This document shows, one piece after another, positions 22,836 through 35,949 of a stretch of 64,000 nucleotides of DNA. The notes under the pieces are model-generated. The model saw nothing but the letters and a program-made list of their open reading frames with translations, was not told where the DNA came from and did not search any database. Source of the stretch: Monocercomonoides exilis PA203 (Eukaryota > Protista > Preaxostyla); contig LSRY02000003.1 of the NCBI GenBank assembly GCA_001643675.2, positions 806,001 through 870,000 of the forward strand. The letters are read 5' to 3'. The position numbers and the translations under genes are program-made. Position 1 is the first letter of the stretch; each line of letters begins with the position of its first letter.

Positions 22836-25800
22836 TAGGCCTTTGCGACAGACCGACATTTTTTTCACAGCTCGACAAGTCAGCCGACAAGACAATCCTC
22901 TATTTTTATATTTTTTGATAAACGAAAAAACAACAAATCCAGATTAAGTTTTTTCATTTTTATTCAATCATTTTTTATGTTTATTTATTTATTTTTTTTT
23001 TTTATTTTTATAAGACTCCAATAAACAAATATTTTAATAATTGATATTGAAAGATTTCAATGGGTTATCGACAGATCTTTGTCGAGATCAGTCGAACGAC
23101 AAAGATCAGTCGGTCGAAAAGATCTATCTGTCGAATGGATATGATTTTTTTGAAAACATTTCTTTTTTTTCAGAAATTGACTTTCATTGCAATTTTGTTA
23201 AAAATGACATTTATAACTTGAAATATTTTTTTGTTCTTTTAAGAAATTGAGTGTTTGTTTGTCTGATATAATTTATATGCCGTCCAAAACCACATTTTTG
23301 CAAAACATTTCATCTTCTTTCCGATATTTTTGTAATAAATGATATAAATAAAAAACAGTTTTTGATTGCATTCCATAATAATCACATATTTTTTGTTTTG
23401 TGAACAAACATCAAATTTGTTGTCAAAAAGGGGGAACATGCACTTAAGGTTTAACATAAATCATTGTTTTTATTATTGAATTCGACAATTAAAGATAGAA
23501 ATTTGACAGATTTGTTATATCCACTAATGACGATTTTTCATTATTAGTGAAGATTTGCACATCGTAATTCAAATTGCACAACGGAAAGTATCTCATTCAA
23601 ATGAAAATAGAAAGAAGCTTCGAAAATTTGGAGATTTTCTAATTCGATTATGACGCTGGAAATAAGAAAAAGAAAAAGAAACTGCTCACGATTTTGAAGA
23701 AGAAAGCTGAATTAATATTGAAAACAAAAGGAAAAAATGAAGAAAAACAATTTGTTAGGTAATTATTTATGTTCATTTTTTTACTGTTTTAATTGTTGAT
23801 TTATTTCCTGTGCTTCCATATCTAAAAATCTCTTTCACTTCAGCTTTTTCCAACATCTCCTCTTTTCCTCTTTCCAATCCGACTTCTTCTCCTTCATCTT
23901 CTCTTTAAGCTTTTTTCTCTTCCTTCTCCTTCTCCTTCTTTTTCTTATTTCTCCTCCAACACCTCCATCACATCCAAGAACGTCACCTTGTTCTGCCACA
24001 ATTTCTGGTCTTTATAGCAGCTACAGCAGCAAAATGTGCTCCTTCAAATTCAAAACTACCTCCTAAACATGCAATTGATTCATCAATCACAGAAGCAACA
24101 ACAACAGCTCCATCATGAAATACAAACCTCTTCCTGAAGCATTTTCCTTAAATAGTACCACTCCCGGGATAAACATGCAATCACATCCTTCTGCAGTTTC
24201 TTCCACATAAACACTAAATCTATCAATGTCATCTGCATAACATTCACAATATGCACATAAAATTGTGAGCCTACCTCTTTTCAGTCCATTGTCAAATTAC
24301 AAAAAGACTTTTCCATTGAGCGATAGAAATTCACAAGTGATAAAACAAAAATCTTTTATTTATAATTCTCAGCTACATCAGTGGCCAAACAATAGACAAC
24401 AGCACCAAAAGCAACTGATTGCAAATAAGACGCTACACGACAAAACTCACAAACTCCTCCTCAGATGACTTCACCTCAAAACAGCAGTATTTTTGTATCC
24501 TCAGCTTCTTCAGCTTCTGCCTCTTCGCTTTCTCAAGCTTTATCGCACGTCACAACTATTTCAATTGCTGTAACGTATTTCACTCCACACGATGTACTTA
24601 TATCTTTACCAACGTCTTCGATTTCACCTTCAGCTGATCCAGTTAACATCGATTCGAGGAATCTTCGGATGAAGGACACAGTTGCCATTGAGTGGAAAGT
24701 GGTGTCGAAGTGGCTGCGAGACCTGTGGAAGTGGGCGGCCCAGAATGTGCTGAAAGGATTGAGGAAGAAGCGGGAGAGCTGGAACTGGTAGCACATCAAC
24801 AAGAAGAGGAAGGGCGACAGGCTGCGCAACACAAATGAGAGTGTGCGGTATTTGCGTGCGATGGACCAGGATGCACAGGACGAGGACATGAGAGACAGAG
24901 CAAAAAAATCCTTTGTTGAGATTCAAAATTTCGCAATGAACGAACACTTCGAAAGGTACAAGAGGAATCTGGAGAGCGAGAGGAATAATTTTAAAATGGG
25001 AAGGGCTGGAGATGAAGCTTTGCTCACAAAACTGATTGAAGAAGACGACAACAAGAAGAAAAAAGGAAAAATAGAATCGAAAGAAGAACAAGCAGAAGAC
25101 TCCAAAGACGAATAAGAGGCAAAAAATGACAGATTGTGGCAGAGCTCAGCAGGGCGATCGAATAAAAAAGTTCAGATTGCTGAGAGAGAAAGGAAGATTC
25201 GGATACAGCGAGAGAAAGAGCAGGAGAGGCAGAGAGAAGCAGAAATGATGTTGAAGAAGAAGCATCAGGAGATTAAAGAGCGATGTGTGCAGAGAAGGTT
25301 GGATTTGAAAAGAGATGAAAAAGAAAAAAGAGAGATTAAGAAGATTCTGAGGGATGTGAAGAATAGAATTTCAGAACAAGAAAAGAAAAAACTGAAGAAG
25401 CAGGAGAAGATACTTGCTAAGAAGCGGAAGAAGGAGGAGGCCGAGCAGAGCCTAATTCAATTTGAACAGAAAGAAGCAGAAGCGGAAAGGCTGAAGGACG
25501 AGAAGAAGTATGATAAGATTCGCATCAAGCTGAAGAAAGAGGCAGCGGAGAAGGAGAAAAAGGGGCAGCAACGACTGCTGAACAAGAAGCAGCTGGATGC
25601 GCTGGGGATAAGGGTGGCATCGCTGAAGATGATTGCAAAGATTGATGCAGAAAACTAGTTTGTGTTCGTGCAGTTCTTTTATGTGCTGGCGGATGTGCAG
25701 AATATAGTGGAAGGCGAAATGCGGGGGAGAAGGAGAGAGAAGGAGATAGAAATTGAGAGAAAGGGGAAGAGAAAGAGAAAGAGAACTGATATAAAGAGAG

Positions 25801-26835
25801 AAGAAAAATAAAGAAAATCCAGAAAGTTCTATGAAGATTTTTCAAAGAGTGAATTTTTAGAAACAACTGCTGTTCTTCAATCTCATTTTGATTTTCAGTT
25901 AACTCTTCATTGGATAGCAGTTCCTTCTGTTTCATACGATGTTACTATTCTTCATTCCATCAATGACAACACCCAACAAACAGCAAGATCACCAAATAAT
26001 CAGCCAATAAAGTCGATCTCTCAATCTCCAGCACCTGCACCTCATCGATCATCATTAATTCCAACTTCGTTTCAACATCCTCGATTTTCTGTGTCCATTT
26101 TGCCTTCTTCTCAGTCATCGCTTCCATCAAATTCCGCTATTTATACACAATATAATCAGCTTTCCTTACTCGCTCCTCCTCCTCCTTCTTCTTCTTTACA
26201 TAAAAGTTATATTTAACGAATCAATTTTTACTTCAGCTCATCAACTTTCATTTGAATTTGTCATGAGCGAATGATATTTTAATGAAAGCAACAGGCTGCA
26301 GTCAATTGGAAGTGTCAATTATGGATCATTTAGAGATGCACAAATAATAAAACATACTATTGAAAATGAAAACAAGCAACATTACTACTATTTTCTTTAT
26401 TAATTATTATTCTTCAATCAAAACTGAAGCTGAATATTTTCATAAATCAAACTGTCGTCTTGGTATTTCAATTTTTTTTTGAAGGGTTTGATTGCAACGT
26501 TTGATTGAAACAGTTTAATCTTCCAAAGTTTAATAATTAGTTTTGTCTTTTATAATTCTTGTTAGCTTTTTCCTTTCATAATTGAAGTTTCATAAAATAG
26601 TATTTTCAAAACGTGTTAAATATATTTTTTCATTCATGCAAAAATGTATTTTTATCGAATTTTCAAGTCAGAAAAAAATACAGTAACATGCAGAATATTT
26701 TTGAAAAATTGAATACAAAAAGAATTTATAATCTTTTCTAAAAAAATATAAATATTTTAAAAAAAAACTCCTCGACATTGGTTTTGTCTTTCGACCGACA
26801 TGCATCGATTTATTTTTCCTTGTCGCAAAGGCCTA
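22836..26835. mobile_element. Non-autonomous hAT-like element nested in the Mutator-like element
   Basis: Perfect 15-bp TIR TAGGCCTTTGCGACA/TGTCGCAAAGGCCTA. Degenerate 8-bp TSD tttcggcc/tttttgcc. Many subterminal CGAC/GTCG motifs. Confidence 0.7.
24465..25658 (+). pseudogene. Decayed coiled-coil Lys/Glu-rich gene fragment carried within the hAT-like element
   Basis: Consecutive same-frame ORFs 24465-24791, 24843-25115 and 25134-25658 are separated by single stop codons. Confidence 0.45.
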
Positions 26836-29800
26836 TTTTTGCCAATATGAAACATGGGGAATATGTGGATAGTAGGCTCCACACACCGCAAGCAACATCA
26901 GCAGCAATATAATCCTTTCTCTTCTCAGAAACAAGCACAAGCACAAGCACCAACGTGAATGCAGCAGTCACAAAGGTTACCCCATGCATGCCGTTGAGCA
27001 TTGACAAACCCTGGGTTCTTCACACACGAAGATGGAGTTGATAACCATTACTTAATTTCATCATCCTCCTCTTCTATTTTTTCTTCTTCTTTCTCTTATT
27101 CTTTTGCCATCTTTCTCTTCTCTTCTTCTTCTTCTTCTTCTGTTTTATCCTCCACATCACCTCTTTTCTATGTACACTCTTCTCTTTCTCAATCCACTTC
27201 ACAACAACCAACACGAAACACTTCACATCTTTCTTCCTCTTCCTCTTCCTCTTCACCTTACTCCTCTAATAATTCAACAACAACAACAACAAACTTACAA
27301 CCTGCCACTTCAACTCCTTCTTTGATACCTCACCTTCCTCCTTCCTCCTCCTCTTCCTCTTCCTCTTCCGCTTCCGCTTCGTCATCATCATCTTCTTCTT
27401 CAAATTCTTCTTCTTCTTCTTCTTCTTCAACTTCTACTTCTTCAAACGATAATAATGCTCTTCGAATACTCCATTTTCTTCTCCTTTTTAAAATAGAATG
27501 ATCGAACAACAAAAAGCCCTTTAAACGCTAATTTGCTTCTTCAACACACGCATTACAATTTTTCCTTCTCTCTGCATTTCTTTCTATGGAAACACCACCG
27601 CCTCCCGCTTCGCATACATCGCTCTCCTCCACTTCTTCTGCCTCTCCTTCTCAAACACTCCACTCACACTCCAATCTGTCCTTTCCTTCTTCTCTCTTTC
27701 GTCCACACCGTCTGTAAAAGTGGCTTCTCGAACATCCGAAAGCAGATTCCAGCCATCTTTCAGCTGAGTGCTGAAAATATGGAAGCGTTTATAATCATTT
27801 TTCATTGTTTTGTGCTTCTAAAGATAATTCTACATCTAGCGCTTGTCGAAATAGAGAAGAGAACAATGCACATGCTTTTGGAAGCAGCACAAGCTCGTTT
27901 GATGACCTCACCTTGTTGAATTCTGCAGGAACGTCGTACACAATTTTGGAGATTGCGCTGCTTGAATGCGAAAAAATACAAAATGCCCATCTGGAGAGAA
28001 ATAATTAGAACAGGAGAAGAGATAGGTGGAATTATGATTATTGACTGAAGAAACGAAAATCATTTTCATATTGAAAAAATATGAGATGTCGCATTATAAA
28101 TTCGCATGTTTGTTTTAAGCAAGAAATGAAAATGATCTGAAAAAAGATTCTTTCACAATATCACAATTCTAGCAAACAGTTCTTTACTCAATTGATTAGC
28201 TCTGACGTTTTTCCCCAACTGCTTTGCAATCTCTTGAAAATAATCGATTTCTTAAAAATTCGCTGAACAGAAATTGGATTGGACTATTTAAAAATGTTGA
28301 GAATATGTTGAAGATATCACTTTCTCTGAAAATATTGCGTAAGGATTATTTGAAACGTCATCAATCATGCATTTATCCATTTCTTTTTTTCAAAAGTTGA
28401 AAATACGACAACAAACAAAATTTAATAAGCTCCTTTTTTCTTGACCGAACAAGTTTAATCAAGGTACTCTGATGTGGTAAATCAGTCGAAAGTATTAATA
28501 GTTGAACACTGTATTGAATATTCTGCGAAATGCATTATTTTCAATACTTAAACATTAAAATAGACTCCGTTCACTGGCTGAAAAGAACTCGTGCAATTCG
28601 CATCGTCATCATCGGCATGTCCCTCCTTCGCTTCACAAATATTGTTATTTGCGACCTGCACAATTATTATTATTCTCCAATGAATTCCTTCGTATTTGAT
28701 GTTCATTTTTTCATGATAATGAATATCTTCTTTGAAACAAAACGATTTTTCAAAATTAATACTTTCTTGTAAGACAAATATCTTTTCACAATTGCTTACA
28801 GCTTTGAGCATTTCATTCAATTTTCAGAACATGAATGAATTGAAATTTCCACGATTTTCTTATCAATGCTCAAAATATCTTCATTTATCGAATCCGAGAA
28901 ACAAATATTTTGTTTTGCAATAAGAATTGACAAGTAACTTGACAGTGACGAAAGTAACAAATTTTTGGAAAGTGACAAAAGATCTGAAAAAGTGACGATC
29001 AAAAAAAACATTAACTAACTTGATCAAAATTCTTATCCAAAATTTAAAATTGATATCTAAGTTTGGAAAAAAAACTATTTTATTCAAATTTAAATAAATA
29101 TTTTTAGAAAAGACAACAAAATTTAATTTTCTGTATGGACAAGCCAGCAGAAAAAATAGAACTTTTAATTAAATCAAACAGTAACAAAGTAATTATCAAT
29201 TCGTTAGTCACTAAAGAAAAAAATGTTCGTCACTGGCAGGGTGACGAGGAGGTTTACCTTTTTCTAAAGGGAAATTTGTTATTATTTATTTGAACTTCAA
29301 AATGAGTTTAAACATGTGTTACAAATTTAAAAATTTTTGCCGCGTCCGTCAGGAATTAAAAATCCACGTCATTATTGGTATTTGAATAAAAATATTATTT
29401 TCTCTGATTTTTGGAATTTTTGTTATATATATCAAATTATATTTATATATTCATTATATTCTATTTTTCGAACTTTTCTTTTTTTTTATAAATTAATAAA
29501 AAATTACTTCCCTGCAGAATACTGACTCCATTAACAGTCACTGACTTCACTGATTTCGCTGACGGTCCGATAATCAATTCATTTCAAATATGATTTTTTG
29601 TCAATATCCTTTATTGAGAAATGCATTTTCATACTTCGCTTATTTGAATATATATTTAACAATATTTGCATTTGCAATTATTTGTTCCAATAATTGAGGT
29701 TCTGACGTGAACATTATTACTCAGTCCGTAAGGAAACCAATTTTGTCTGTCAATAGTCACAAAGTGACACATGTTTAAATGTAATTATTCAAATAATAAT

Positions 29801-29925
29801 AAGTTTTTTCGAAAAAAATATTATTATTCTTAAATCAATTTGTTATCGTCCAAAAACTATCAATTTTCGAAGAAAAAGATGACTTTGACATACATCGCAT
29901 AATTGTTTGAATTGATTGACTATTT

Positions 29926-31404
29926 GGCATATGCACACTTAACAGCGATTTCTAATCCTTGCATAATTCGCTTGTTTATTGTTTGTAAACATCATTTGTG
30001 ATGTTTTGAACAAACAAAAACATGAGGAAGTTCGTTAAAACAGAATTTTAATTTTTCAAATATTATGAAAATTGGTCAAAATTTTTTCAAAAAATAAGAA
30101 AAAATCAGTAATTGAAAATCAAAATTAAATAAAAAAGTTTACATTTATGACTTTTCTGAACACTCAGAGGCAGATAAACCATCGCCTAGGTCAATATTGT
30201 CTGTTTCACTTGTTTCACTGTCATTAGAAATAAGTAAATCATCTTTGTCAAGTATTTCTTCCTAATTTTCTTCTGTTTCTTCATCTTCATCAGCTTCTTC
30301 TGTTTGTTTTTCTTCATTAAAAAACTTTTTTTTGATACTAATTCTTCAAATCTCACAACCTTTCTCTCATTAATCATCCAAAAAGCAAGTTGATCAGCTA
30401 CATATTTTTCTCGAATGCCATGGGGAGGAAAAAATCTTCTCATATGGTTCCACAATCCTTCGATTGAATTTGTGCATGAGTGAGTTTCTTTATCATGAAA
30501 TTTTCTCTAATGGCACACCGTTAGATGATTGTATCCTTGACAAGAAAGAGATAAATATGCGTTCCAATCATCTGACATTATTGTTGAATGCTGTTGATTG
30601 TGCTTTTGAATGATAGGAATTGATGTCGAAGCAGATCAGTCTGGTTCAATCATGATATAAAAATTCCTTGTTTCATCCATTTTTATAATTCTTTCGCTCC
30701 ACTGCACCATAGATCTACATATGTTTCTTTCTTTTTCCTCTTTGATATTATCTTCTCCTTAAAACACATTCATCTATTTCAACAATAATGTTTTCGCCTC
30801 CAAGAAAAGTTTCATTCTGATTTATAATGTCCATTGCGCAAAACCTCACAATAGATGACCATTATGCAACAGAGTTCCTATGTATCCCCAACATTTCCGA
30901 GCAAAATTTCACACTTTCACTATTCCATATCAACGTGATAATTATCTAAATTACATTTATTGGTATCCTGCTTCGATAAAATGAGGTATTCTTGCATTCC
31001 GATTACCTATTGCTGCATTTTCTGCAAACACAAATCATCCTTCCACAGTAACGCCGTAAATCCATTTCAATTCTGTTCATTCTGCATTTTGGCTTGTTTT
31101 TGATGATTTTCTTAAATATCCATTTTTCAGATTTCTCTGAATTGAGAAACTATCAAAATAATTTATTTGCAGTTCTTCCTGGTATAGCAAGTGAATTGTC
31201 TGAATCAGACACTTTTTCCATGAAATTTTTGATTTTTCAATGATCAAAAATCCCATAAATATGTGAAAACGATAGATTTTAAAAATCAAAAAATTATGGT
31301 TTCCACACATATTTTGTTCATGATAAAAACACTAAATAACTAACTTCATATTTATAAACTGTTTTTTCATTAATTTGAAAATTGCTGTTAAGTGTGCATT
31401 TGCC
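29926..31404 (-). mobile_element. Degenerate Merlin (IS1595-like) transposon
   Basis: 26-bp TIRs ggcatatgcacacttaacagcgattt versus ggcaaatgcacacttaacagcaattt (reverse complement). TSD not preserved. Confidence 0.85.
30145..31221 (-). pseudogene. Merlin transposase pseudogene
   Basis: GGENIIVEIDECVLRRR*YQRG, TIMSDDWNAY, CTNSIEGLWNHMRR; stops and frameshifts. Confidence 0.88.
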
Positions 31405-32283
31405 GTGAAAGTTTCATATATAAAAAAATAACACATTAAAAGAAATTAAATTATTGCAAATGCAAACTTCATTTATGATACACTAAGTATTGCATTATAA
31501 AATACAACAATCAAGTTTCAATTCTTCCGCCTTCGCACAAAAAATTGAAAAGAAAAAATAAATACATAATTATAGGATTAATCAGAAAATTATGTCGAAG
31601 AAATTATTATTCAAGAATCAAAAAACTGCTCTCCACGAAAGTGTAACCTTTTTTTGCTTATTATCACTGTGCTTTTGTTGTTCAAAATATCGTTAAATTG
31701 AAAGACGTATTATTTTGTACTTGTGCCAGATTTCAATGTTCATCATCCTCCTCCTCAAAAATCCATTATCACCCATTTTATTCATTCAAAAGGAAAAAAA
31801 TTCAAAAGCTGAAAAAACTTCAAAAGAATTCAACCGAAAAGCAAGAATAAGTGAATTGGAAGGGAGTTTTGAACAGCATGTCTGAAAAATGAATTAGGTT
31901 GGTGTTTTCATTGGCTCCTTTTTTTATTTGCACCTTTTTTTATTGGCACCTTTATTCATTTTCCTCGTTTTTGATATAATGTTATATAAGAAACAAAGAT
32001 TATTTGCACAAATAATTGTTTTTATCATCATTGGATGAACAGATGTGCGAATTTGATTTCAGGACAACAATTAAATTCGTTAGTGAAATTATCGTATGAA
32101 AAAAACACGACAAATTTTTTTTAAAAACAAATTGAATAAACAAAAATTTATTAAAGCAAATACTACCTATATCAAAACTTGAAATGTATATTGGCTACTA
32201 AAAATGGACTTTTTTTTGATCATTTCCCAAAAAATTGATTTGTTTTTTATGATCAAAAAAAAGCTGAAGAAGGAAAAAGAAAA

Positions 32284-33630
32284 ATGCAAGTAGAAATGGC
32301 GTCGATTGACTATCGCATTTATGAAAATAGACTCGAGAGAATGGCACGAATTCTAATTGACAGAAAAGCCAGGCTTGTGGATGCAACCAACTTCGGTGAA
32401 TTTACAAAAAAACACTCATCCATTCAGTGAATACTGTTTAAAGTGACAGGGATGTTGCCAAAGTGGGAAGACCGTCATTGCTTCGAAAGTTAAAAAAGGA
32501 AATTGTTACGGACGGAATTAAAATTGAAGCATAGTGTGGAACAAACCTGACAGTGAAGAAAACAAAAGAATTGGTTCGTAAAATATTTTTTTTCTATTTA
32601 TTTGTTTCTATTAAGATTGAAAATGCGATAGAAGATGAAGATTCAGAGATTTCAGTTGATGCTTCACCAAAAAAAGAAATTTCAAAATCCGCGGCTTATT
32701 CCTTCTTGCGAAATCAACCAGAATTGATATTACAAAAGCCTGAAATATTGGATTCAAAACGTCTAGCAGCATCTTGTCAAGACGTTTTGAAACCAAGGTA
32801 CGAAATGCTTGATGATTTGCATTCAAAGTTCAAATACCGAAGGGAGCTAATCTTTAATGTGGATGAAACATTACTGAGATTATCAGATAATTGCCAAAAA
32901 CTTGTTGCGACATCCTCGGAATCTCCTTCGGCCTATTGTTTAGCACCTTCGAGAGTTCGAAATGCGACGCTTGTGGCTGCTGTTGCCTCAGATGGTTTTT
33001 CTTTGCCAACAATTGTGCTTTGGCCAAGTTCAAATGTTCCTGAAGAGTTGACTCCTTTACAATCTCCTTCGCTTGATGTGTGGTGCAGTACGAACGGTTG
33101 GATGAACTTTTCTTTATTCGAACGATACTCTTTGCGTGTTCTTCTTCCAGAAATATTAGAAAGAAAGAAAAGGATGAAATTGACTGAAGAGAGATGTTTG
33201 CTTTTCGTTGATTCGCACAGCTCAAGTGTGAACACTAAACCTTGGAGAAAATTTATGGAATCGAATGAGGATGTCATCACATTTGTTCCTCACACAACAC
33301 ATATTTCACAACCTCTCGATAGAGGTGTTTTTGCTGTTCTTGAATCTGTTTCAAATTCATCAATAGAAATCCCTCAATCTTCAACAGCTTTTTCCAACAG
33401 AAAGGCTTTGGCAGACATCCTTCCTCAAGCTCTTCACTCTGCGTTTGCACCATCAGTAATTAAGAATGCATTTGATGCAAGCGGTGTTTTGTTAAGATCG
33501 TAAGAACAAGTTTAACGAAAATTGCCCAAACACTCTTCATTTCCTTTGCCCACTTATTCAAATCGTTTTGATTTTAACGGAAAACTGCTCACAAATGAGG
33601 ATTTCTTAGAAAAGTGGGAAAAAGATATAT
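32284..33630 (+). pseudogene. pogo-family DDE_1 transposase pseudogene with 42-nt intron (32574-32615)
   Basis: VGRP, IFNVDET, TNGWMN, FVDSHSS, PHTTHISQPLD (DD35D). Contains stops, and the 3' end is interrupted by a MITE. Confidence 0.85.
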
Positions 33631-33631
33631 T

Positions 33632-33876
33632 TGTCAAAATTTTATTGAAAAGTTCCTTATGTTTAATTTTCTAATAAAAAAATAAAAATTTCATTTTTCA
33701 ATCAAATTTCTGTTCTCTCTCATGAAACTTCACAAAAATGGAAAAATAAACATTATCAAGATTTTACATTCATGGCAGCGAAATTTTGTGAGCGAGAACA
33801 GAAATTTGATCGAAATATGAAATTTTTATTTTATTTGAAAATTAAACAAAAGGAACTTTTCAAAAAAATTTTGACA
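33632..33876. mobile_element. ~245-bp TGTCA MITE (copy 2) inserted in the pogo transposase 3' region
   Basis: TGTCAAAA...TTTTGACA termini, homologous to 9861-10101. Flanks are tatatt/tttatt. Confidence 0.8.
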
Positions 33877-34527
33877 TTTATTCGAACAAGTGCGAAATGT
33901 TCCGAAGCCGAAGAAGAAACAGAAAACATTGAAGATACTCTTCCATTAAAGTCAAAGAAGAAAAGAGTTTATCGAAGAATTTTGCATGATGATTTGGAAA
34001 ATATCGATGAAGAAAATTCTGCAGATCAAAGTTCATGAAAAAGAAAAATTCGAAGACTATTTGACCCAAGTTTTGTTTATTTTTGCTAATTGAGTCTGTA
34101 TTTTTTGAATTTTATCACTTCAAAAATTTGGTGCCAATAAAAAAATGGTGCCAATAAAAACACTAACCTACAACATTTGTATTAAATCAAAAAAAATTGT
34201 TCACAAAAACAGAAAAATTGGTCCAAATCAATGTTTCTAATAAAACAAAATATTTCATTCGTTGCTTTTGTTTGAATATAAACAATCTATTGTTAATTGC
34301 TCTTTATTATTTTGTGTTTAACAAAATTTTTCATAAAATATTTGATTCAATCATATTAAGAACACTGATAATCACAAACATTATAAAAATAATGAAAATT
34401 CGAATAAAACATAAAGTGCCCAATGCCAAATATATAAATTTATACATAAAAGCAACAATATCACAAAATAAAACTCAAAGACTCAAAATAATCCACAAAT
34501 ATATTAAATAGAAGATTTTATTCTTGA

Positions 34528-35394
34528 TCAACTTCTCGTCGAAGAAGTGAGTCCTTTCGAATAACCTTTTGAAGCAGCAAGCAATCCTTCAAATCTACAA
34601 CAAAGCCAATTGAGAACAACATTCGAATCACTTCCTCGTTGTGCACGATGGATCGCATTAATTTTTACCTCAAGCTTTCGCTGCATAGTCCTTGTCATCA
34701 TTCCACTTCCATTCATCAAATTTAAAATCCGAGCGTTCCATACTCTTTCCTCCAAATTTGCTTTTCTACTTGTGATGCGTAATTGCGCATTCATAAGATG
34801 TGCAGCTTCTGTAATTTCTTTTGCACTAAATGCAGGAGCATCACGCGTCTCCAAAGATCTTAACAACAACTCTGTGTCAACTCTATGAGAAGCGTGCTTC
34901 CCGAAAACATCAACACCTCTTCGCTTGGCAATGGCTCTGTATCTTCGTTGAGCATAGGCATCTCGGAGATCTTTTGCTTTTAATAGTTTTTCCACACAAA
35001 TGAAAACTTCTTCATGTTTTGAATTCAATTCCGGAGCAATCGTTTTTGTAATAATACTTGAATTTTTATCCCCCACAATGCCAGAAGGTTCACATTTACT
35101 CGAGTAATAAACAGACTGTTGTGAATTTCTTGAAGAAGGAAATAATTTTTGTGAAATTGGACTTTTATCAATGGAGCTCGAAGTTCTCTCAAACGAAATA
35201 AGAGGCTTAGAAAAAGAAGATGTGAAGATATTGTGCATCGTTTTTTGTGGAATTAGCTCATCTTTTGTAGCAATACTTCTCCAAGAACTTCCATATTTTC
35301 TTTTGAGCATTCTTGCTTGACGAGTTCTTCCATCGAGACATGTATACATTTCTATCGAATTATCCCTTTCCAAATCATCGGAATGCTGTGACAT
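34528..35394 (-). CDS. Hypothetical 288-aa basic protein, possibly with an HNH-like motif
   Basis: Intact single-exon ATG-initiated ORF of normal complexity. The motif HASHRVD...MNAQLRITSRKAN is only suggestive. Confidence 0.65.
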   Translation of the reverse strand: MSQHSDDLERDNSIEMYTCLDGRTRQARMLKRKYGSSWRSIATKDELIPQKTMHNIFTSSFSKPLISFERTSSSIDKSPISQKLFPSSRNSQQSVYYSSKCEPSGIVGDKNSSIITKTIAPELNSKHEEVFICVEKLLKAKDLRDAYAQRRYRAIAKRRGVDVFGKHASHRVDTELLLRSLETRDAPAFSAKEITEAAHLMNAQLRITSRKANLEERVWNARILNLMNGSGMMTRTMQRKLEVKINAIHRAQRGSDSNVVLNWLCCRFEGLLAASKGYSKGLTSSTRS

Positions 35395-35949
35395 TCACCT
35401 TTAAAGATATATTAACAAACTTAATAATTTTTATAACCTTAATAAATTCTTTCAAATAAATTTTTATTATCGAAATGAAAATGCTTTCACATATTTTTTT
35501 TATAAAAACGCTTTCTCACAATATTATTCCCACTTTATTTTCACCTTCAAAGTGTAACTATTTCAATTTCTGTGAATTATGAACACGAAGTTTTTCGACA
35601 AAATAATAAAAATATATCAATTTGAAAGATATCCACGTTAATGCTATGATAAAATTCGTTGAACATAAAAATATGTCCTAGCTATTTTCTTTGCAAAAAT
35701 TCTCATTGAATTTTTCAAATTAATCTTTTCAAAAAAATATTTAATTTTTTATCAAGAAAAGCAGACTTATGGAGTTAAGTTACTTGTGCAATTGCAAATG
35801 TTCATTAAATTTCATCTTTATCTCTAAAACAAAACAAATGATAGAAACATATTAATCCTCTCTCCGATCATTTGAATAGAATCAAAAAAATTTTTTTGCT
35901 TTTTTTTTTTTTGTTTGTTGTTTGTCTGTTGTAAGTTTGTTTCAATTAT

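Larger units (their letters stand above)
21181..29258. mobile_element. ~8-kb Mutator-like TIR element with cargo and a nested element
   Basis: Inverted ends cctctgcgtcacccctg / cagggtgacgaggaggtttacc. 10-bp direct repeat TTTTTCTAAA at 21171-21180 and 29259-29268. Subterminal (C)GTCACT/AGTGAC(G) repeats at both ends. The left end appears to have lost its terminal GGTAAA. Confidence 0.65.
31897..34168 (+). mobile_element. Second pogo/Fot1-like (DD35D) transposon
   Basis: TA|GGTTGGTGTTTTCATTGG ... CCAATAAAAACACTAACC|TA. Repeated subterminal TTTTATTGGCACC-like motifs (3 left, 2 right). Confidence 0.88.

Noticed and set aside
29335-29770. CTGAC/GTCAG motif cluster and TTCCCTG, like a hAT end
   Set aside because: No partner TIR or TSD could be paired with it.
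29666-31467. 14-bp inverted repeat TTTGCATTTGCAAT flanking the second Merlin
   Set aside because: Short and AT-rich, with no TSD or extension; could be chance.
33632-33876. MITE acting as an introner in the pogo gene
   Set aside because: No 3' AG at the boundary, and the host gene is already disrupted.
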